A stretch of 64,000 nt of DNA from Paraspadella gotoi (lineage: Eukaryota > Animalia > Chaetognatha). How positions within the stretch are numbered: position 1 is the stretch's first letter; every line of letters begins with the position of its first letter. Shown piece by piece: positions 25,501-40,700 of this stretch. The stretch is taken from assembly GCA_051294375.1 (NCBI GenBank), contig CM119269.1:3730069-3794068 (forward strand), written 5' to 3'. Under the pieces are notes generated by a model that saw nothing but the letters and a program-made list of their open reading frames with translations, ran no database searches and was not told the origin of the DNA. Position numbers and translations under genes: made by a program.

Positions 25501-28500
25501 ACGCGCGGCTTTCTTCGCCCGCCGGCTCCGCCCGCTGCGAGAGCCTCACCGTCGACTTTGTTCATCGCTCGTCAGCCTTTAAGACACTCGACGATTAACA
25601 TGGAGCGGAGGCGGCGTCGTCGAGAGGCCGCCTCGTCATCGCCCGACCGATAGTTGGAACTTTATAGAAATATAATTTTTGTCTTACATACGTATACAAT
25701 GTTTACGACCTGATATCCTTTCAGATATACGAAAGACGAAGATCTGACTCGCCTCCCATGTCACTCGTCGGGCGACGTTGCGTCGGGATTTCGTCCCAAT
25801 TTCCTCGTTCACGAGATTGCGTCCTGGGATGCTCTCCGGTCGTTCGCTGCGTCCGTCCAGGTCAGATTCAACTTTTTACTCTGCTTATTCGCGAAATTTC
25901 TCGTTTTATTCATTCCCCTTTCCCAACTTTCTTTTTACCTTTCAGGTAAGACCTAAACCGCCGCTTCCATCCACATTCCAACCTATCGGAGGGACTCGTC
26001 CGCGTCGCGCCTTGCGGCGACGCCAATCTCGTCGTTCAAAACCATTTGTCGAGTCGTCGCCTCGATCTCCGGTGCAACGATCTCGACGGAAGTCGATTCG
26101 ATTTCTCTCTTTGCGGGACGGTGGACGGGCCGCACAGGGTTCTGGTGGGCGGACGCGACGGCAGGGAAGCTCTTCGTTCTTCGCGAGGCGTTGGAGGATG
26201 CGCAGGGGAGGAGTGGTTACGGAGCGGGATACGCAGCAGGAGGAGGAAGTAGAGGAGAAGAAGAGACGAAGCGACCTTTTGTCTTTCCTATTCTCGTCTT
26301 CATCGTCGCCCGATCGTCTGGATTTGACGCCGTGGCGCCACGCACCAAACGTCGCGTAGTCAGGCTTCGAACAAAGGCACGTTGCATTTCTTCCCGACGT
26401 TCAAACTACGATACGTCGGACGCAGGGGATAACAACAACGAAGACGGCTTAATCTCGTCAGCGTCTGCATTTCGACGCGCTGCGGATCGTTCACGACCGC
26501 ACGAGCACGCCGCACCCTCCGCTGCCGACAAACGCGCGAGGACGATCGCGCATCGCCTCGCGCTGAAGACGCAATCGACCGATGGTCTTTCTCTACGACG
26601 TCACAAACGCTGAAGTGCAGCTGAGAAGGAATGAGAGGAAGAGGAGAAGGAAGAGGAGAGGAGGTCGTAGGCTCGATTGTCGACCGTCGACTGGATTCAA
26701 TCAACTTTTTTTCGACGCCGACGGACTATTTCGTTCATTCTCGTCTTCGTTGTCGTCCTCTTCGTCGTCTCCTCTTCATCATCTCCTCCGATGCCAATAA
26801 AATCGGTTTTTCGAGGATTTCTTCCTAGTCTTTTTCGTTTTTAAAATTTCGGTCGAGACAAAAAAAAAATCTTTGCTTGGGGCAACTCAAATTCTAAGTT
26901 AATATGGTTATATTCACTCGATTCATTTGGTTTGTATTGTATTTCTTGGATTTTCTTTATTTGCAGTTTCAGTTTTCTGGTTTTGTTTTTGAGGTTGTGA
27001 TATGTGATTGTAGTTTCCGTTACAGTTTTTTTTGTTTTCGCGGCCTTGGATTATTTACCTTTGCAAGTAGGACTAGTGATGTCGTTCCAGTCAACGAGCA
27101 CCGTATTTTTTTTTTAGTTTACGGTTGAGTTATCTCTGGTGCCTTAGTTTTATATATATTATCTATAAAAAAATTTTACACTGGGTTTGTTTGTTACGTA
27201 GTTTTTTAGGACGACACAATGTCGAAGCCAAACTTTTTGAAAGGAATAAGAGGCTTACGGTATGAGACTCTGACGAAGAACTTTACTTGAACCCGAGAGA
27301 AGTTATTATCGCGTGAACTCTATGTGAGCTGGATTTAAATCTTTTTGATCTCCGCTTTCAATGTGCAGCAGATCGCGTCCGTTCGACGCCATGGCTACGA
27401 AAGCGCCGTCCGCGGATCAGAAGCAAATTTGAGCAAAACGACTGCAGCGGAGACAGAAGGGATCGGCGAACGGAAGGCGAACGGATCGGCTTCCGTTCAA
27501 AGTGCGGCCCTCCTCCAAACTTCGCAGCTTTATCGCGCCGAGGCGGGAGACGATTTTGGATGAGGACAAGACGATTTGATTTCGTCGATGGAGCGACTAC
27601 GATGACGACGACGACAACGACTTGATCTCCCAACATAGCGATGCGTCCATCTCCTCAAGCTCTCCTCCTTCTCGGCGCAAGGAATTATATCACCGACTTG
27701 AAAAACCTAGGCTCGACAACTCGGCGTCTACCCGAAAAATGTCAAATCGTTCCCTTATCATTACCGATTTCCAAGACCGTCCGCTATCGTTCCACATAGT
27801 CGCCTTCCGACAGAGGGCCTCTTCGCCAAAAGTTGCTCGTCTCAGGAGGACTTCCTTCTGCGAAAGCGAACCGAAGGACGCCGACTCCCAAACTTCTTCG
27901 TCATCTTTGTTTTGGTCGTGATCGTTGCCATCTGTTGTCTTATCTTTACGTATTCACTTCGCGTTGAAACCCCCACTTGCTTCAGTCCCCAGCCTCACCA
28001 GGCACCTTCGCTTTCAAAGAGCGCGACGCCGACGACGCGTTTCCCTCGCAACCGGCGCGTTTGGAGCACTTCGAGCCCCGAGGATACGGCGCGTTTTTTT
28101 CGCGACGGCAGTCAATAGCGAGGAGCCGGCCGTGTCGTCCTGGCGGCACGCGGCGACGGCCAGCGCTGCCGGCACACCGCCGACGGCGCCGACTTGCGAT
28201 GTCTGACCAAAACGATTCAGTCGCGACGCCGACTGCTCGATTCGAGGAAATCAGTTAAAGTCGATGAGTCCCCTCGCGCCAAGATGCCTCGAGGACGAAA
28301 CTTGCGTTCTCATCTCGACGCCGGTGGGAAAACCGTTTTCTCCTTTTCGGCGTCGATCTCCCTTCAGCCTCAACGGCCTGTTGTTTGCATCCTTTCGCGA
28401 CCACGAGAACGCCCTTTCAAAGACACTTATTTCTATCCTCGCTTGCGGAGGTGGCGTGAGTGGCGGCGGCACTGGACGTTGATCGGAATGAGAAAGCGGA

Positions 28501-30840
28501 ACGTTTTATCAGCGGGACGTTAGGAAGAAATCCTCGAGCCGTCGATCGGCGTCGAACGCGGCCGGCGGCGTTTGCTGCGCGCGTCGCCAACAACGTTGTC
28601 GTGACGTTGCCGAAATGAGGCTCCTGCGGCGCCGAACGAACAGGGTGTGGTCTATATAATCTAGCGAGTCTGAAATCAAAAGGACTTCCTTGAACTCTCT
28701 CGACAAATCCACTAAAGTATCTTTTTTTTTTTACATTCCGTTGCCTTTATTTTTTTTATTCCTCTTTGCTTATTGGTGGTGATGTAAGTTGATTTTTAAG
28801 CCAGCACTGAAATTGCCACATCATCGATACAGGATTAATACATATTGTTGAAAAAGTATTATGCGTGTTTCCGATCTCTTTGTGATGGACTAAATGTCTA
28901 CAGAAACTGCACAAAAATCTATACCGTACTGATGTGAATTTTTCGTTCCGTGAGGCTTGTTAATGGGTTCAACTTAATTTATCTCATAACTGTTATTTTC
29001 ACAGCCTTTTAACTTTTTTCATTTCTTCCCGATTGGGTCTCATTTTATCTTTTTTTTCTTTCTCGATCTTCGTCGCTTATAAATCCATTCATTGATTTTG
29101 TTTATTTTCAGTTTTCCTACGAATGACTCAATCCATTTCCCAATCGATGGTGACGTAGTCTATCCGAAATTCCCCCCCTCGTACCTCCCCTTTTATTTCC
29201 GAGAGTGATCCCGGGGCCGTCCCCTCCCCCCGACGCCACCGACCCCCTTCCCAACCCACTGATTTCCCTTCCCCCCTTCGCCCCCGATGAACGTACGATC
29301 CAGATGACGCTCCCGTGCCGGAGGACGCCGAGCGCGACGCCGACTCGTCGTTCCGAACAAGGTTCGGCGCCCTTTACCGATTTCGTTTTTGTCAACGACG
29401 CCAGGTGTCGCGCCCGCTATGGATTTACGATTGACGATCCGTCGACCGGGCCGCGGGATCTCGAGTCCTCGACGAGCCAAACCCGTATCGTTCGCTTTTC
29501 CAGGTAGCGGACCACACTTTCGAGCCACAGGAAGAAATTTCCGGGTCGACGCAAAGATTGGCGTCGCAGCGAGATGTGATTTTGAGAGTGGGCGTGGCCG
29601 ACGAGATCTTGGCGAGGGATGACGCGGGAAGAGAGCGGATGTCGTCGTCGTCATCATCGTTGCCTTCCATACGACGCCGTCTACGAAACGCCACGAAACG
29701 CAGCTTCGCCACCACCAGGGGCGTGGCCAGCGTGACCGCATCGAACTCTTTTCGTCGCGTCTCCGGCCTGGACGCCGGACGCCGCCGATGATTTTCCGTC
29801 GACGGGCCGCAACGCTGGCGTTTTTAAAGTCCCCGAGTCTCCCGCCATGCGTGCAAAATTTAATACGGCGGCGGCAGTTCGGCGGCGGCGGCGGGATCCA
29901 GTTTCGTCGCAATCGAAAGACCTACGAACTCACCGGGATCAGTACAGGCCAGCAGCAGCAGCAATGTCAGCACAGCAACGGCGCCGATCAGCTCCAGCGC
30001 GTTTCCTCCATTGACAGGCAGACGCCTCCGACCAACAAGTCCGGCGCCGGGAGAATCAAGCGGACAGCTGGCTGCACGGCTTCAGCCTCGCGAGGAGGAG
30101 ATCCCTCCGACGCCTACAATAGTCCGCCTCCTCCAAAAAAAGCCAAAGTCAAGCGGCGTCGCCACGACGAATCGGCGTCCCGGCGGTCGCCCACGTCCGC
30201 CCCGTCGATCAGACTTCCGAATCGTCTTCCGATCGTCCCGTCGAGACGATGTCCCGTCTTCGTCTGCGACTGTTGATTCCTCGGGGCGTTCCTCGATACG
30301 AAGCACACCGCCGCCGCAGGGATTCCGATCGGAGCGACGCCGATGGACGAAGGGCAGCGCCGGAAATAAGCCGGTTTCTATTCGACGAGAAAGCGCCAGC
30401 GCCGTCGCGACAATCTTGGCTTCTGCGTTCTGTTCGAGTCGAAAATGTTGCGAACATTGACATACGCCATTCAGTTATCTCTTTAGTCCAAGGTGTGCGA
30501 TAAAAATTGCATTGAATTACATAGCATTATTAATTTATTATTATTTGATACTTTTTGTCATGTTTAGGAAACCCGGCGTCCACACGTATTTGGCCAACAG
30601 ATGTTCACCTTTTGCGGACGCCCGAAGTCGACTTTATCTGCCCGCAGATCGTTCTCATGTACATCCGATTGCACGACGTAGCAGAGCGATGCATCCTTAC
30701 TTTCAGCAGGGATGCCGCGGCTCGTCGAGTTCCTTTGAGGACCGCTTGGCTCCTCAGGGGCGCTTCGCCGTCGACCATTCAGGGATTGTTCGAAACCAAC
30801 GTGAAGGATTCGCAGCGCTGCGGAATATGCAAGTTAAAAC
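22573..30840 (+). other. Series of GC/CpG-rich exon-like blocks without a continuous reading frame (decayed gene, lncRNA or low-accuracy consensus)
   Basis: Blocks start after plus-strand pyrimidine-AG acceptors (22572, 25724, 25945, 29111, 30568) and match the composition of real exons in this window, but every frame stops within about 70-200 codons. Confidence 0.3.
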
Positions 30841-31763
30841 CATAATTTCTAATTAATTAACCACCTATCTAAACACTAATCTCAAACAAATTATAAGCCA
30901 AAATGGATGTAGTATTGTTGGTAAAAACAATCGATTGTTATATTTTAAAGACTTTTACAAAAGGTAAATAAGATCGACGATTACGACGAGGAGTTTATGT
31001 CAACAGTAAATATGATTCTCTATTCGAAACCCCCCCCACATTAGCTTTTGTCTCTCCAATAGGCGAGACACGCGCTGTGACCAGACATGTAAACAGAAAA
31101 ACAAAAGTCAACGAAAAAATAGTCTCCCGGCCTAGCGGCAGCAGAGCTGCTGCAGGGCCCCGTCCCGACGCTGCATCACTCTTGTCGAAGTGCTGCTGAG
31201 CGGGGGACGCGTCACTTCTTTTTTCGCGCTCTATGTGCATCAGTCGCTTTCGCTTATTTTTAGCGCTTTTTTCGTTATTATCGGACTTTTCCTTCGATAT
31301 TATTTGCTTTTCATATCGAATTTTTGAACTTTCCACGGGGGCCTTTGTCTTCTTTTTTTTGTTTTTTTTTTTATTCGAGACGATTCGTAAAGAATTCGCG
31401 CGATTAATTCTCCGAGAAGGAAAAATTCGCGCGNNNNNNNNNNNNNNNNNNNNNNNNNCACGACCAATCTTCGGGTCAAATCGCCTCCGACCTTCGCGCA
31501 TAGATTCAATTTGATATTGGGACGACGGAAAGAGAAGCCTCGGCCCCAAACGCCGTTGGAATCGTCAAGAAAGTTATCATCAACGTCGTCTTTACCACCG
31601 TCGTCGTCGTCGTCGTCGTCGTCGTCTTTTTCAAAGTGGCCTTTTTCGTCGGGAGCCTCCAGTGTAAGAATGTGAGGTCATGAAAGCTTCAAGGCGCGGT
31701 ATCTTTTTTTCTGTCTTTCATTTTTTTTTCTTTTTTCCTTGTTTTATCTTTAAATTTTGTTTT

Positions 31764-31795
<32 letters not shown>

Positions 31796-31901
31796 TTTTT
31801 CTTTCTTTCTTATCTTTCTTTCTTTCTTTCTTTTCTTTTCTTTCTTTCTTTCTTTCTTTCTTTCTCTCTCGTATCTCTTCTCTCCTCTCTTGCTCTTCTC
31901 C

Positions 31902-31937
<36 letters not shown>

Positions 31938-34900
31938 ACCCGATCAGAGACGAGGTTTTGACAGTGACACACTTCAGGCACCTGATCAACCGAAGATCAG
32001 GGATTCGTCTTCGAAAGTGTGGCGAGTAATCCTTACGGTACTGTGAAGAGTGGTTGAATGGTGGAAGGGTGGTAGATTGGAAGGGTTGAATGGTGGAAAG
32101 GTGGCGGGGTGAAAGTGTAGTACGATGCTGGTTGAGTGGCGTCTAAGGAAAGAGAGGTGAGGTCGGTAAAGAGAGGTGAGGTCGGTAAAGAGAGGTGAGG
32201 TCGGTAAAGTTTCACGTTGTGGTGATTTCGTAGCTCGGAGTGATTTTTTTGAATTCATGTAAGTAGTTATACTAAGACCTTAATTTTGTTGTTAATTAAA
32301 AACATTTCAGTATCGGGTAATGCCTGTTAATCATTTGGTAATTGGTAGTCAGCGATAGCGTTGAGATATCGAATTATTTGTTGATGAATTTGTTTGGTCA
32401 TTAAAAATAGATAAGATTAATAAAGATAAAATTAATGTCAGGTTTATTTTTTAGTTGGAAGATATTGTGTTCTGAAATTTAGAGAAAACAAAGTTTTTAT
32501 GGTTTAAGGACAATTATTTTTGTTTTGTTTAAAAAACTTTATGGTTGCGAGTCTTCATCAGCATAAAGTATTTTACTAAATTTATTTTTCCAAGTTTTCT
32601 CTAAATCGTAAGAAGATGAAATTAGTCCTAGAATTATGATTCTTGATAAATTAGCGCCACTAAATTGAAATAACGTTTACTATGCATAAGATCTATTGTG
32701 AAGTTTTCATGTATATACAATGTTCAAATTTTCCAGATGTCTGTGTTTTGTTATATCCGTTTACGATAATTGTTCTTTGTACATGTTTTCATAATCTGTA
32801 TCATAATTGACTTTAAGAAGAAAGTTGAAATTTTTAATGTTGTTAGTTTTTCGGTAAAAAAATAAACAAATTTAACTAGTGCCGCACGTCACGTCGTCCT
32901 GACAGCGAAACTCGGAGAAAAAGATTTTTCTTCCTGTTAATTTATTTTGCTGATCAAAAAAAAAAAATTGGGAAACACCGAAACCTAGATTTAGTTTCAA
33001 GATCATTTAACAATTTAATTTCTGGAAAAAAAGGAATCAATTTCTAAAGTTCTTTATATCTATAGGAGCCAAGTTGGCAAATCTGGAACCATATTTCAAA
33101 CTTTGATTTTTTGGTAAAATAAAAAGTAATAAGTTTTTCTTCGAAGGAAGTAATCATTTTTAAAATTTCTGAACAATTTATCAAGTGAGAAAAAACAAAA
33201 GGGAAAAGGAGCCAAATTTTTTTTGTGACGACTGATAAAATAAAGAAGAAAAAAAAAGTGATTTGAAATGTTTAAATTTTCTGCGGATGAATTAGGAAAA
33301 AAAACAAGAATCGAGTAAGAACTGAATTTTCTTCGCTATCAATTATAAAAATTAGTTTTAGAAGTTGAAGACGTTGGTTCCATCGTATTAACCTTTTTTT
33401 TTAAATCAAAAGTATAACTTACCCATGGCCACGTTCATCTAACTCGCAGTCCGTCGAAGAGAGTTGGTTAATTTTTTCCGACGGTGCACCGGTTGCCTTC
33501 TTCGGGTAAGTTCGTCTGCCAGGGTCAGTTAGGGATTTGTTTGACAAAAAGTATGCGAAAGTCGCTCTTGATGTTTCTTATTTAAATACAAAGAAATGTA
33601 TGATGTGTTTCGTTGCTCAAGTTGATCAAGTAGCTTGGCCAACTGCTTAAAGGATAACGAAATCTTAAATCGGGAAAACGTCGAATAAAAATGTTTGTTT
33701 AATGTCGGAATTTTCGCGTAATCGGAGGCCACGCTTCTTACTTATTTACCGATTTCGTTCGCCAGTTCAAAAGTCAATTTTTGTTGGCACCGACAAAGTT
33801 TTTCTTCTTTTTTTTATTCCGTTCAAATTGTCTAATGTTACCAAAGTCCCGAGTTCGATTCCCCGAAAAACATTTTTTGATCGGCGTGAGCGATCGTGGG
33901 GTTTTTTTTTCTTTTTTTGATCCGGTGAAAGTTTCAAAATAAAAAGTCCCACTTGTAAAAATCCGCGATTCACGCCTCGTCCTTTTTTCTTGCTCTTCCC
34001 GCTCCCACCGGCTTCCCTTATCCTGCTCCTCGTCCTCCCCCTCTTCCTCTTCCTCCCCCTCCTCCCGGGCGCCGCGCGATCCGCTGCTCGACTTTGCTTT
34101 TTCCCCTTCCATCAGCGACGGAATCTCGACAGCAGGGTGCGGCAGGGTGCGGCAGGGTGCGGCAGGGTGCAGCGGGGTGCGACGGCCCGCGATCGCCGCA
34201 AATGAGGCTCTGGTAAGTGGAAGGGGGGNNNNNNNNNNNNNNNNNNNNNNCTCTCTCTCTCTCTCTCTCTGTATTCCTCTTCCTTTCCTCACTTTTTTTA
34301 AGCGCGGTGGCGGCCACCGACTTCTCGTTAGTCTATAAAGTGCCGATCGGCAGCTCATCGACATCTCTTTGGTTAATTGGTTAGTTGGTTAATATGGACA
34401 TTGGTTAATATGCAGAAGGTCACTGGAAGTTTTACTTACTCACTTTGACCACATTAAAGTTTGTAAATTTACGTACAAACAACTAACGTAATATATTTTA
34501 ATTCGAAATTTACTAAACATATATGACCTAAAAAATAACATCCAACCTGATGGGGTTATAAAATAGTTTAGAATAAAATAGCTTCTCCATTTAATTTTAG
34601 TTCCTATTAATGTCAAGCAATCTCATCAAGTAAGATCACTATACAACTAATAAAACTTATATATTACTGTATTTGCAGTTACCCTGACACGAATGGGTAA
34701 TTCTCCCAAGTCGGAGGCTGCAAGAGAGATATTTATGGTATTTAAGATCGTATTTATACCAAATAGCATTTATCGACGTTAGCAAAAATATAATTTCTTC
34801 ATTCCTCATATTATTAGTTTTACTAGATCGCAGACCGTAACACAGTTTGCCACAAAAACAAAAAAAAAAGGTGCGTGGACCCGTAAATCTCGCATTAATC

Positions 34901-35384
34901 TTCGCCCTCGTCGTCGTCGCCGTCGTCGTCGTCGTCGTAGTCATCATCGTCGTCGTCTGTTTTTCGTCCATCGCGAAATGGACGATAAAACGATGAGAAG
35001 ACTTTTCCCCCGATCGCGTTGACACCCAGAGTAGTTATTAGGCATCTGTTTTGACGGGCCGAAACGACGGGGTGGGGGGGGAAGCTTGTTGTTGTTGTTG
35101 TTGTGGTTGTTGTTGTTGTTGTTGCTCGGGAAAGAAGGGAGTCAGAGTCTTATTGGTAATTATATTTACGAAAACTTCCCTATTACTAAAAATATTGAAA
35201 AAAACATTCAACTAAAATGCTAATATTGCCAAACTTTTTCTCTTATTAAAATCGAGTTAGCTCCGAGTTCAAGACAAAACAGATAATACATATTTATTTA
35301 TATTTACAATTTTTCAAAAAGCTACGTGAAAAATAAGAGAATCCTTGGGGATGTGAATAAGATGAGAGAGAGAGAGAGGAGAGA

Positions 35385-35465
<81 letters not shown>

Positions 35466-35613
35466 GAGAGAGAGAGCGAGTATAAACGTAGAGTAAAAAG
35501 AAAAGTATATTTTTTGAACGAGTCTCCTTGTCCGCGCATAAAAGGATTCTTTGATTCCTGACATTTCGCGAAATTCCTTCACTTTACTTGTATTTTATTG
35601 AAAATACGCCGAG

Positions 35614-35651
<38 letters not shown>

Positions 35652-35656
35652 AGAGT

Positions 35657-35691
<35 letters not shown>

Positions 35692-37740
35692 AGAGAAGAG
35701 AAGAGACCTCTGCGCCAGACAAGTATTTATGACCATTTTCTGTCAGGAGGGGGTTTTAAATTGGTAAGCCGTTGTTGGTTTCGCTCTGGACGAAAACTTC
35801 GGCGCCTCTCCCGCCTCTTAAACCGACTTTTTCGAAAAAGGAAGAAAAGGGAAAAAAATGGAAAGAAATGAAAGGGACGTCGATTTGAAGGTCATTTCAA
35901 GGTCGACGAGGGTCATTGCCATCGTTTCTGACGGGTGGACGTTTCCGGGTCCAAGTTAATTCCCGCCTTAGAAATAAATAAAAACAACTTTTGATTTGAC
36001 GATTGAGTGTTAAATTGTTAATTGACCCGTCAATGTTTATGATTCAAGTAAAATCTAATTGAAACTTTCCATTTTCACTGCCCCTCCCTGCACTCACCTA
36101 ATCTCGAAACCCCGATTCCATCTTGCATTTTCCCGCCCAATCTCCGACTCTTGAAGTTGAACGCTTCCATCCGCGCATCGCTCGTCTTAATTTCATTCCC
36201 TCCTCCTTCGCCTCCTTTTACCTCCACCCGCGGAATTCCATTACACTACCACCGTTCTTTTGTCTCCCGCTTGACTCCCTCGCCGTTTCCCGCCATAATT
36301 CCATCGCTTTTCGAATCCCACCCAACCCGTTCGCACCGGTTCGTACGCGGCAACCCCACCTATGATCCTTCCTTCTCCCCCAACCTCCCAATCGCCTTCC
36401 GCCAATTCCCGTGTCTTGATTGCTTCATTCCCCGCCCATCTTGTCGTCCGCTCTTTATCTCGCGCGCAGGTCGTTTATCTTAATCAGCGGCGCCGGCGCG
36501 AAAAGAAAAAAAAGTCGACGCGTTTTCGTTCGGTTTTAATCTCGAGTGGAAAGAAGAAAAAATGAAGAAAAGAGGGAGGTGATTCTTTGGTCGAGGACTT
36601 CGGCCCTCCTTCATTACGACTGAAGGAGGGAGAAATTAATGAGAGGTTGCGGTATTTAATAGGGGCGGGGTCTTTCTTTCTTTTTCTTGCCGTTTTTTTA
36701 TTTTGGGGTCTTGTTAAATGTGTACAAAAATTTATTAGGAAAGCTTAAGTTACCTTGAAATAGATATTGAAAAAGTGTCTATCAATTATCATAAAACTTT
36801 TTTGTATCTATCAGAATCCGTTTCTAAAAATTTATACTATGCTAAAATTCTAAACATTAAAAGGCTTCCATGATAAAATAAATAAATGAAAAATAATATT
36901 AAAAATCGACTAACTTCAAAATTTTCTTCCTTTCCCCCCGCTCCTAAACTTCTCCTCCCCTCCCCGATATCTTACCCGCGCCCCCCGAAATAGGGGCATC
37001 GTCTTCTTTTCATCTCCTTTTTAATGGATTCTGACAAATTTTCTCGCGGCCTCGAAATTTTCTCGTCTCCCGAAGCCGATGCTCTCCTAACGCGAAGACC
37101 GAAGAGGGAAAAATCTTTCCATTTTCGGCGCCAAATTTGAATCGACTAGGATTGATTGATTGATTGAATGATTGATGTATTTATTAGAAAGAAAAATTTT
37201 AAAAAATAGCTAAATTCTCAATGCAGTTAGATTTGCTCGTCTTTTCTATTCGATTTGTAAATATTCCGACAAATATTATATAAAATTATTTATTGGGCAA
37301 TCAAAAACAGTCTTGATAAGTCTAAATTAATTGATCGAATTCAACGGCGAGTAATTTGTCAATCAATTTTCAATTGCAAAAATATAGAAAGTAATATTGC
37401 CGTACAAAACATGTAGCTTTAAAAAAAACAGCCAAACAGTGAACGAACGCTAGAGATATCATAAAAAACGGAAAGTTTTCGCGCAGTTTCACGAGATTCA
37501 AAGAACGCTTAGGAAACGGGGCACTGGGAAGTTTCAAAAAAAGAAGAGCAGAAAATGAATAACTTTCTTCCGTGACAAGAAAAAAACCTCAGAGAAAATT
37601 TAACTAAGATATTATATTATATATTTTTGAAAGAAAAAAAAATTTAAAAAGTATAAACCCTGACTAGAGATCGGAATACATTTCCCAAAGGTTTGCAAAT
37701 ATTTCTTAAACGAAAAGCGCCTCTTGTTTTTTTCTCCACA

Positions 37741-40700
37741 TCACAATTCGTCATCGAGATGTTTTCCGTAATCAGTTGCAGCGCTGCCGACGAAGAGGTC
37801 GCTCTCATCCAGAATTTCCTGAACGGACAAAAGAGCATCGCGATCCTTATCGGCGACGCCGATTAAATGCGTCGCCTCATCCTTGGCGATTTCCTCGTTG
37901 CTTGGAATGGCCCACGCCTTCAGCTCCTCTCCTGAAACGGATTATTATTTTATCAAATGTAATATTCATTCAGATATATTGTATACGTTCATATAGACTC
38001 TATATTATAGAGTATATTAGAGCACAACACATTTAAATGTATCAAAAGAAGCTTACCTTCGAGCTTTCCGTTTCCGTCAAGGTCCAGCGCTCTCTTGAAC
38101 CTGTCAGATTCGACGGCAGTCCATTCTTCGGGGTCATCGCCTTTGTGAACAATTGATTTAATCTGTTTTATTTGACTAGAATTATTTAAATTGATTGATT
38201 TATTTTATTATTAAATTACCTTTTTATATAGTTTGATATTAATTGAACTGAAAGAGAAGAAAGAGAGAGAGAAAGAGAGAGAGAAATAAAGAAGGAAAGA
38301 GAGAGAGAGAGAAAAAGAGAAAGAAAGAGAATGAAAGAAAGAAATAAAGAAAGACAGACCGACCAACTCGCCCTACAACCCTATCTCTCTCTCTCTCTCT
38401 CTCACCCGCGACGTCGCCCAAGAACTCCGGGAGATTGATGGCTCCGTCTCCATCCTTGTCGGTCTCCTCGACGATCCTCTTCAACTCGATCTCGTGCATG
38501 TGGGGATAATCCTCTGGATGATAGAAGGCGGCGAACTCGTCCTCCGTTACCAGCCCGTCGCCGTCGACGTCGCTGGCGACGAACTTCCGCTCGTCCTCGC
38601 GATAAACGCGGACGAAGTGTTTGGCGTCTTCGTTATCGTCCGCGGCCAACTCGGCCACCGTGGGGACGTAGCCTTCGGGGATAGAGAAGCGGGGGAAGGG
38701 TTCGTTCAATTGACAAAACTTGAGGTCTTCATGTGTGAGCTGGAGTAGATGGTAGATGTGAAGGGACCGATTGATTACTCATTTTTTCCCTCTTAAACGG
38801 TACAAAGTGGCCAAAGGGTCACCGACATTACGTTTAAAGGTGCAAAACTATGGCCTCAATCCTGCGGGCGCAATTCCAAGTGGGCGGAATCCTAAAGGGC
38901 ACAATCCTATGGGCGCAATACTATGAGCCCAATTTTATCGGCGCAGTCTTAGGTAGGCGCAATTCTAAGTGGGAGGAATCCTAGGTGGCGGAATCCTATG
39001 TGGGCGCAATCTTACGAAGGCGAAATACTATGAATGCAATTGTATGTGGTCGCAAAGCTACGTGGGTGCAATAATTGGGGCCCGATCCTGTGGGCCCAAT
39101 ACAACGCGGGTGCAATCACCCGTTTAAAGGTTCAAGTTTAAACAATACGTACGACTATTGAAAAGTTAGAAGGCAAGAGTATGCCTAGTTCTAATGGGGC
39201 ACAAGTTACCGGAACGAAACAAGACTCAGCATTACCGTAAACACTTTTGAGATATTCCTCCCAACCGAGTTTTCCGTCCTCGTCTTGGTCGTGCTCGTGG
39301 AATCTCGACACCGATTCCTCTTGGTTCAAAGTGACGAAAGATTTCATGATCCATTTCTGTAAAATTTTTTAAAAGGACATCAAAACTTGGTTGATTGGTT
39401 CTTGGGGTCAATATTATTTGTAATTTTTGTTTTTAATCAGTTTTTTTTCTCGTAAAATTATTAATTATCAGATTTCTTAGTAATGTAATGCAAAAGAATC
39501 GTTTTGAGTATAGTATAGCCTGGAATAGTCTGGTCAAAACGGCTAAGACTTACCTGAAGTTCATCGTGAGAAATATATCCGTCGCCCCCCTCGTCAATTT
39601 TCGTGATGAGACCCTTTAATCTGTTGGATGTAAAGAATTACACGATAAATTTATAAATAAATCCGATAACTAGGGTAGTAAAATATTACAAAGCTTTTAA
39701 CTAATATCAAAAACGTACTAAAAATAATCCCGAAAACCTACGGAAAGCCTTTACCTTTTCTTAGCTTCTTCCGGGGGAAGGTTGTGATATTCCGCATCTT
39801 CCTCTCTCGAACCCACGAAAGACTACGACAAAATTTAAAAATGAGAGGAATTAACAAAATAATGAAATTGATCACAACCGCAACCGGGAAAATATAGAAA
39901 ATATAGAACCTGAAAACATATATCTCTCGTAACATAAGACCACCTTCAACGAACAGTACGATTTCACAGTGGAGACCGAGAAGTCGTTTTGTAAACTACT
40001 ATTTGATAAATATATATATATAAATTAAATTGGGACCTGATGGTCGAACTCTTCGTTGTGGTCCTCCTCGTCGTCTTCGTGATGGTCGCTGCCCAGTCGC
40101 GCCCCCTGCTCGCGCTCGATGCTTTTCAAATGCGCCAATTCTTCCGCTGAAACGAATAATTAGATTAAGTAAGGAGATTTAAAATTATGAACAAACTGAC
40201 AAACTGAACGAAAATCCGGACTTACCTCTCGATTTGAAGGGTAAGTCGGAATCTTCGTACGGCTCATCCACGTCCAAGTCGTCCGAGTCGGAGTCTGGAG
40301 AGAAAAAAAAGGTAGGTCAGTTAAAGAGAGAGAGAGAGAGAAAGTTAACTAATTACGTACCACTTGGTTATTTTTTCGAAAATATACAACAAATAATCGA
40401 ATTTATGTTTGTTGAGCTCAAAAACAATATACAAAGACGTTTTATCTTCCTACGATATCGCTCACAACAACAAAAATAACACCATCACAAAAAACAACAA
40501 CATCACTCACAAAAAAACAACCACAACATTACTGAAAACAAACAACTGTAATAACAATAACAACAACGCACCGGTTCCATTGACGGCATCGTCTAGATCG
40601 TCTAGATCTTCTTGATCTTGATCATGATCTTGATCTTCCTCCCCGTGAGCTTCTTCTTCCTCCGCGTCGTCGTTTGCTTCCTCCTCCCCTCCTCCCCACA

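Noticed and set aside
19442-30840. Stop-codon reassignment or programmed recoding to explain broken frames
   Set aside because: Intact genes in the window end at TAA and TGA and have no internal stops; many breaks are frame changes rather than single stops.
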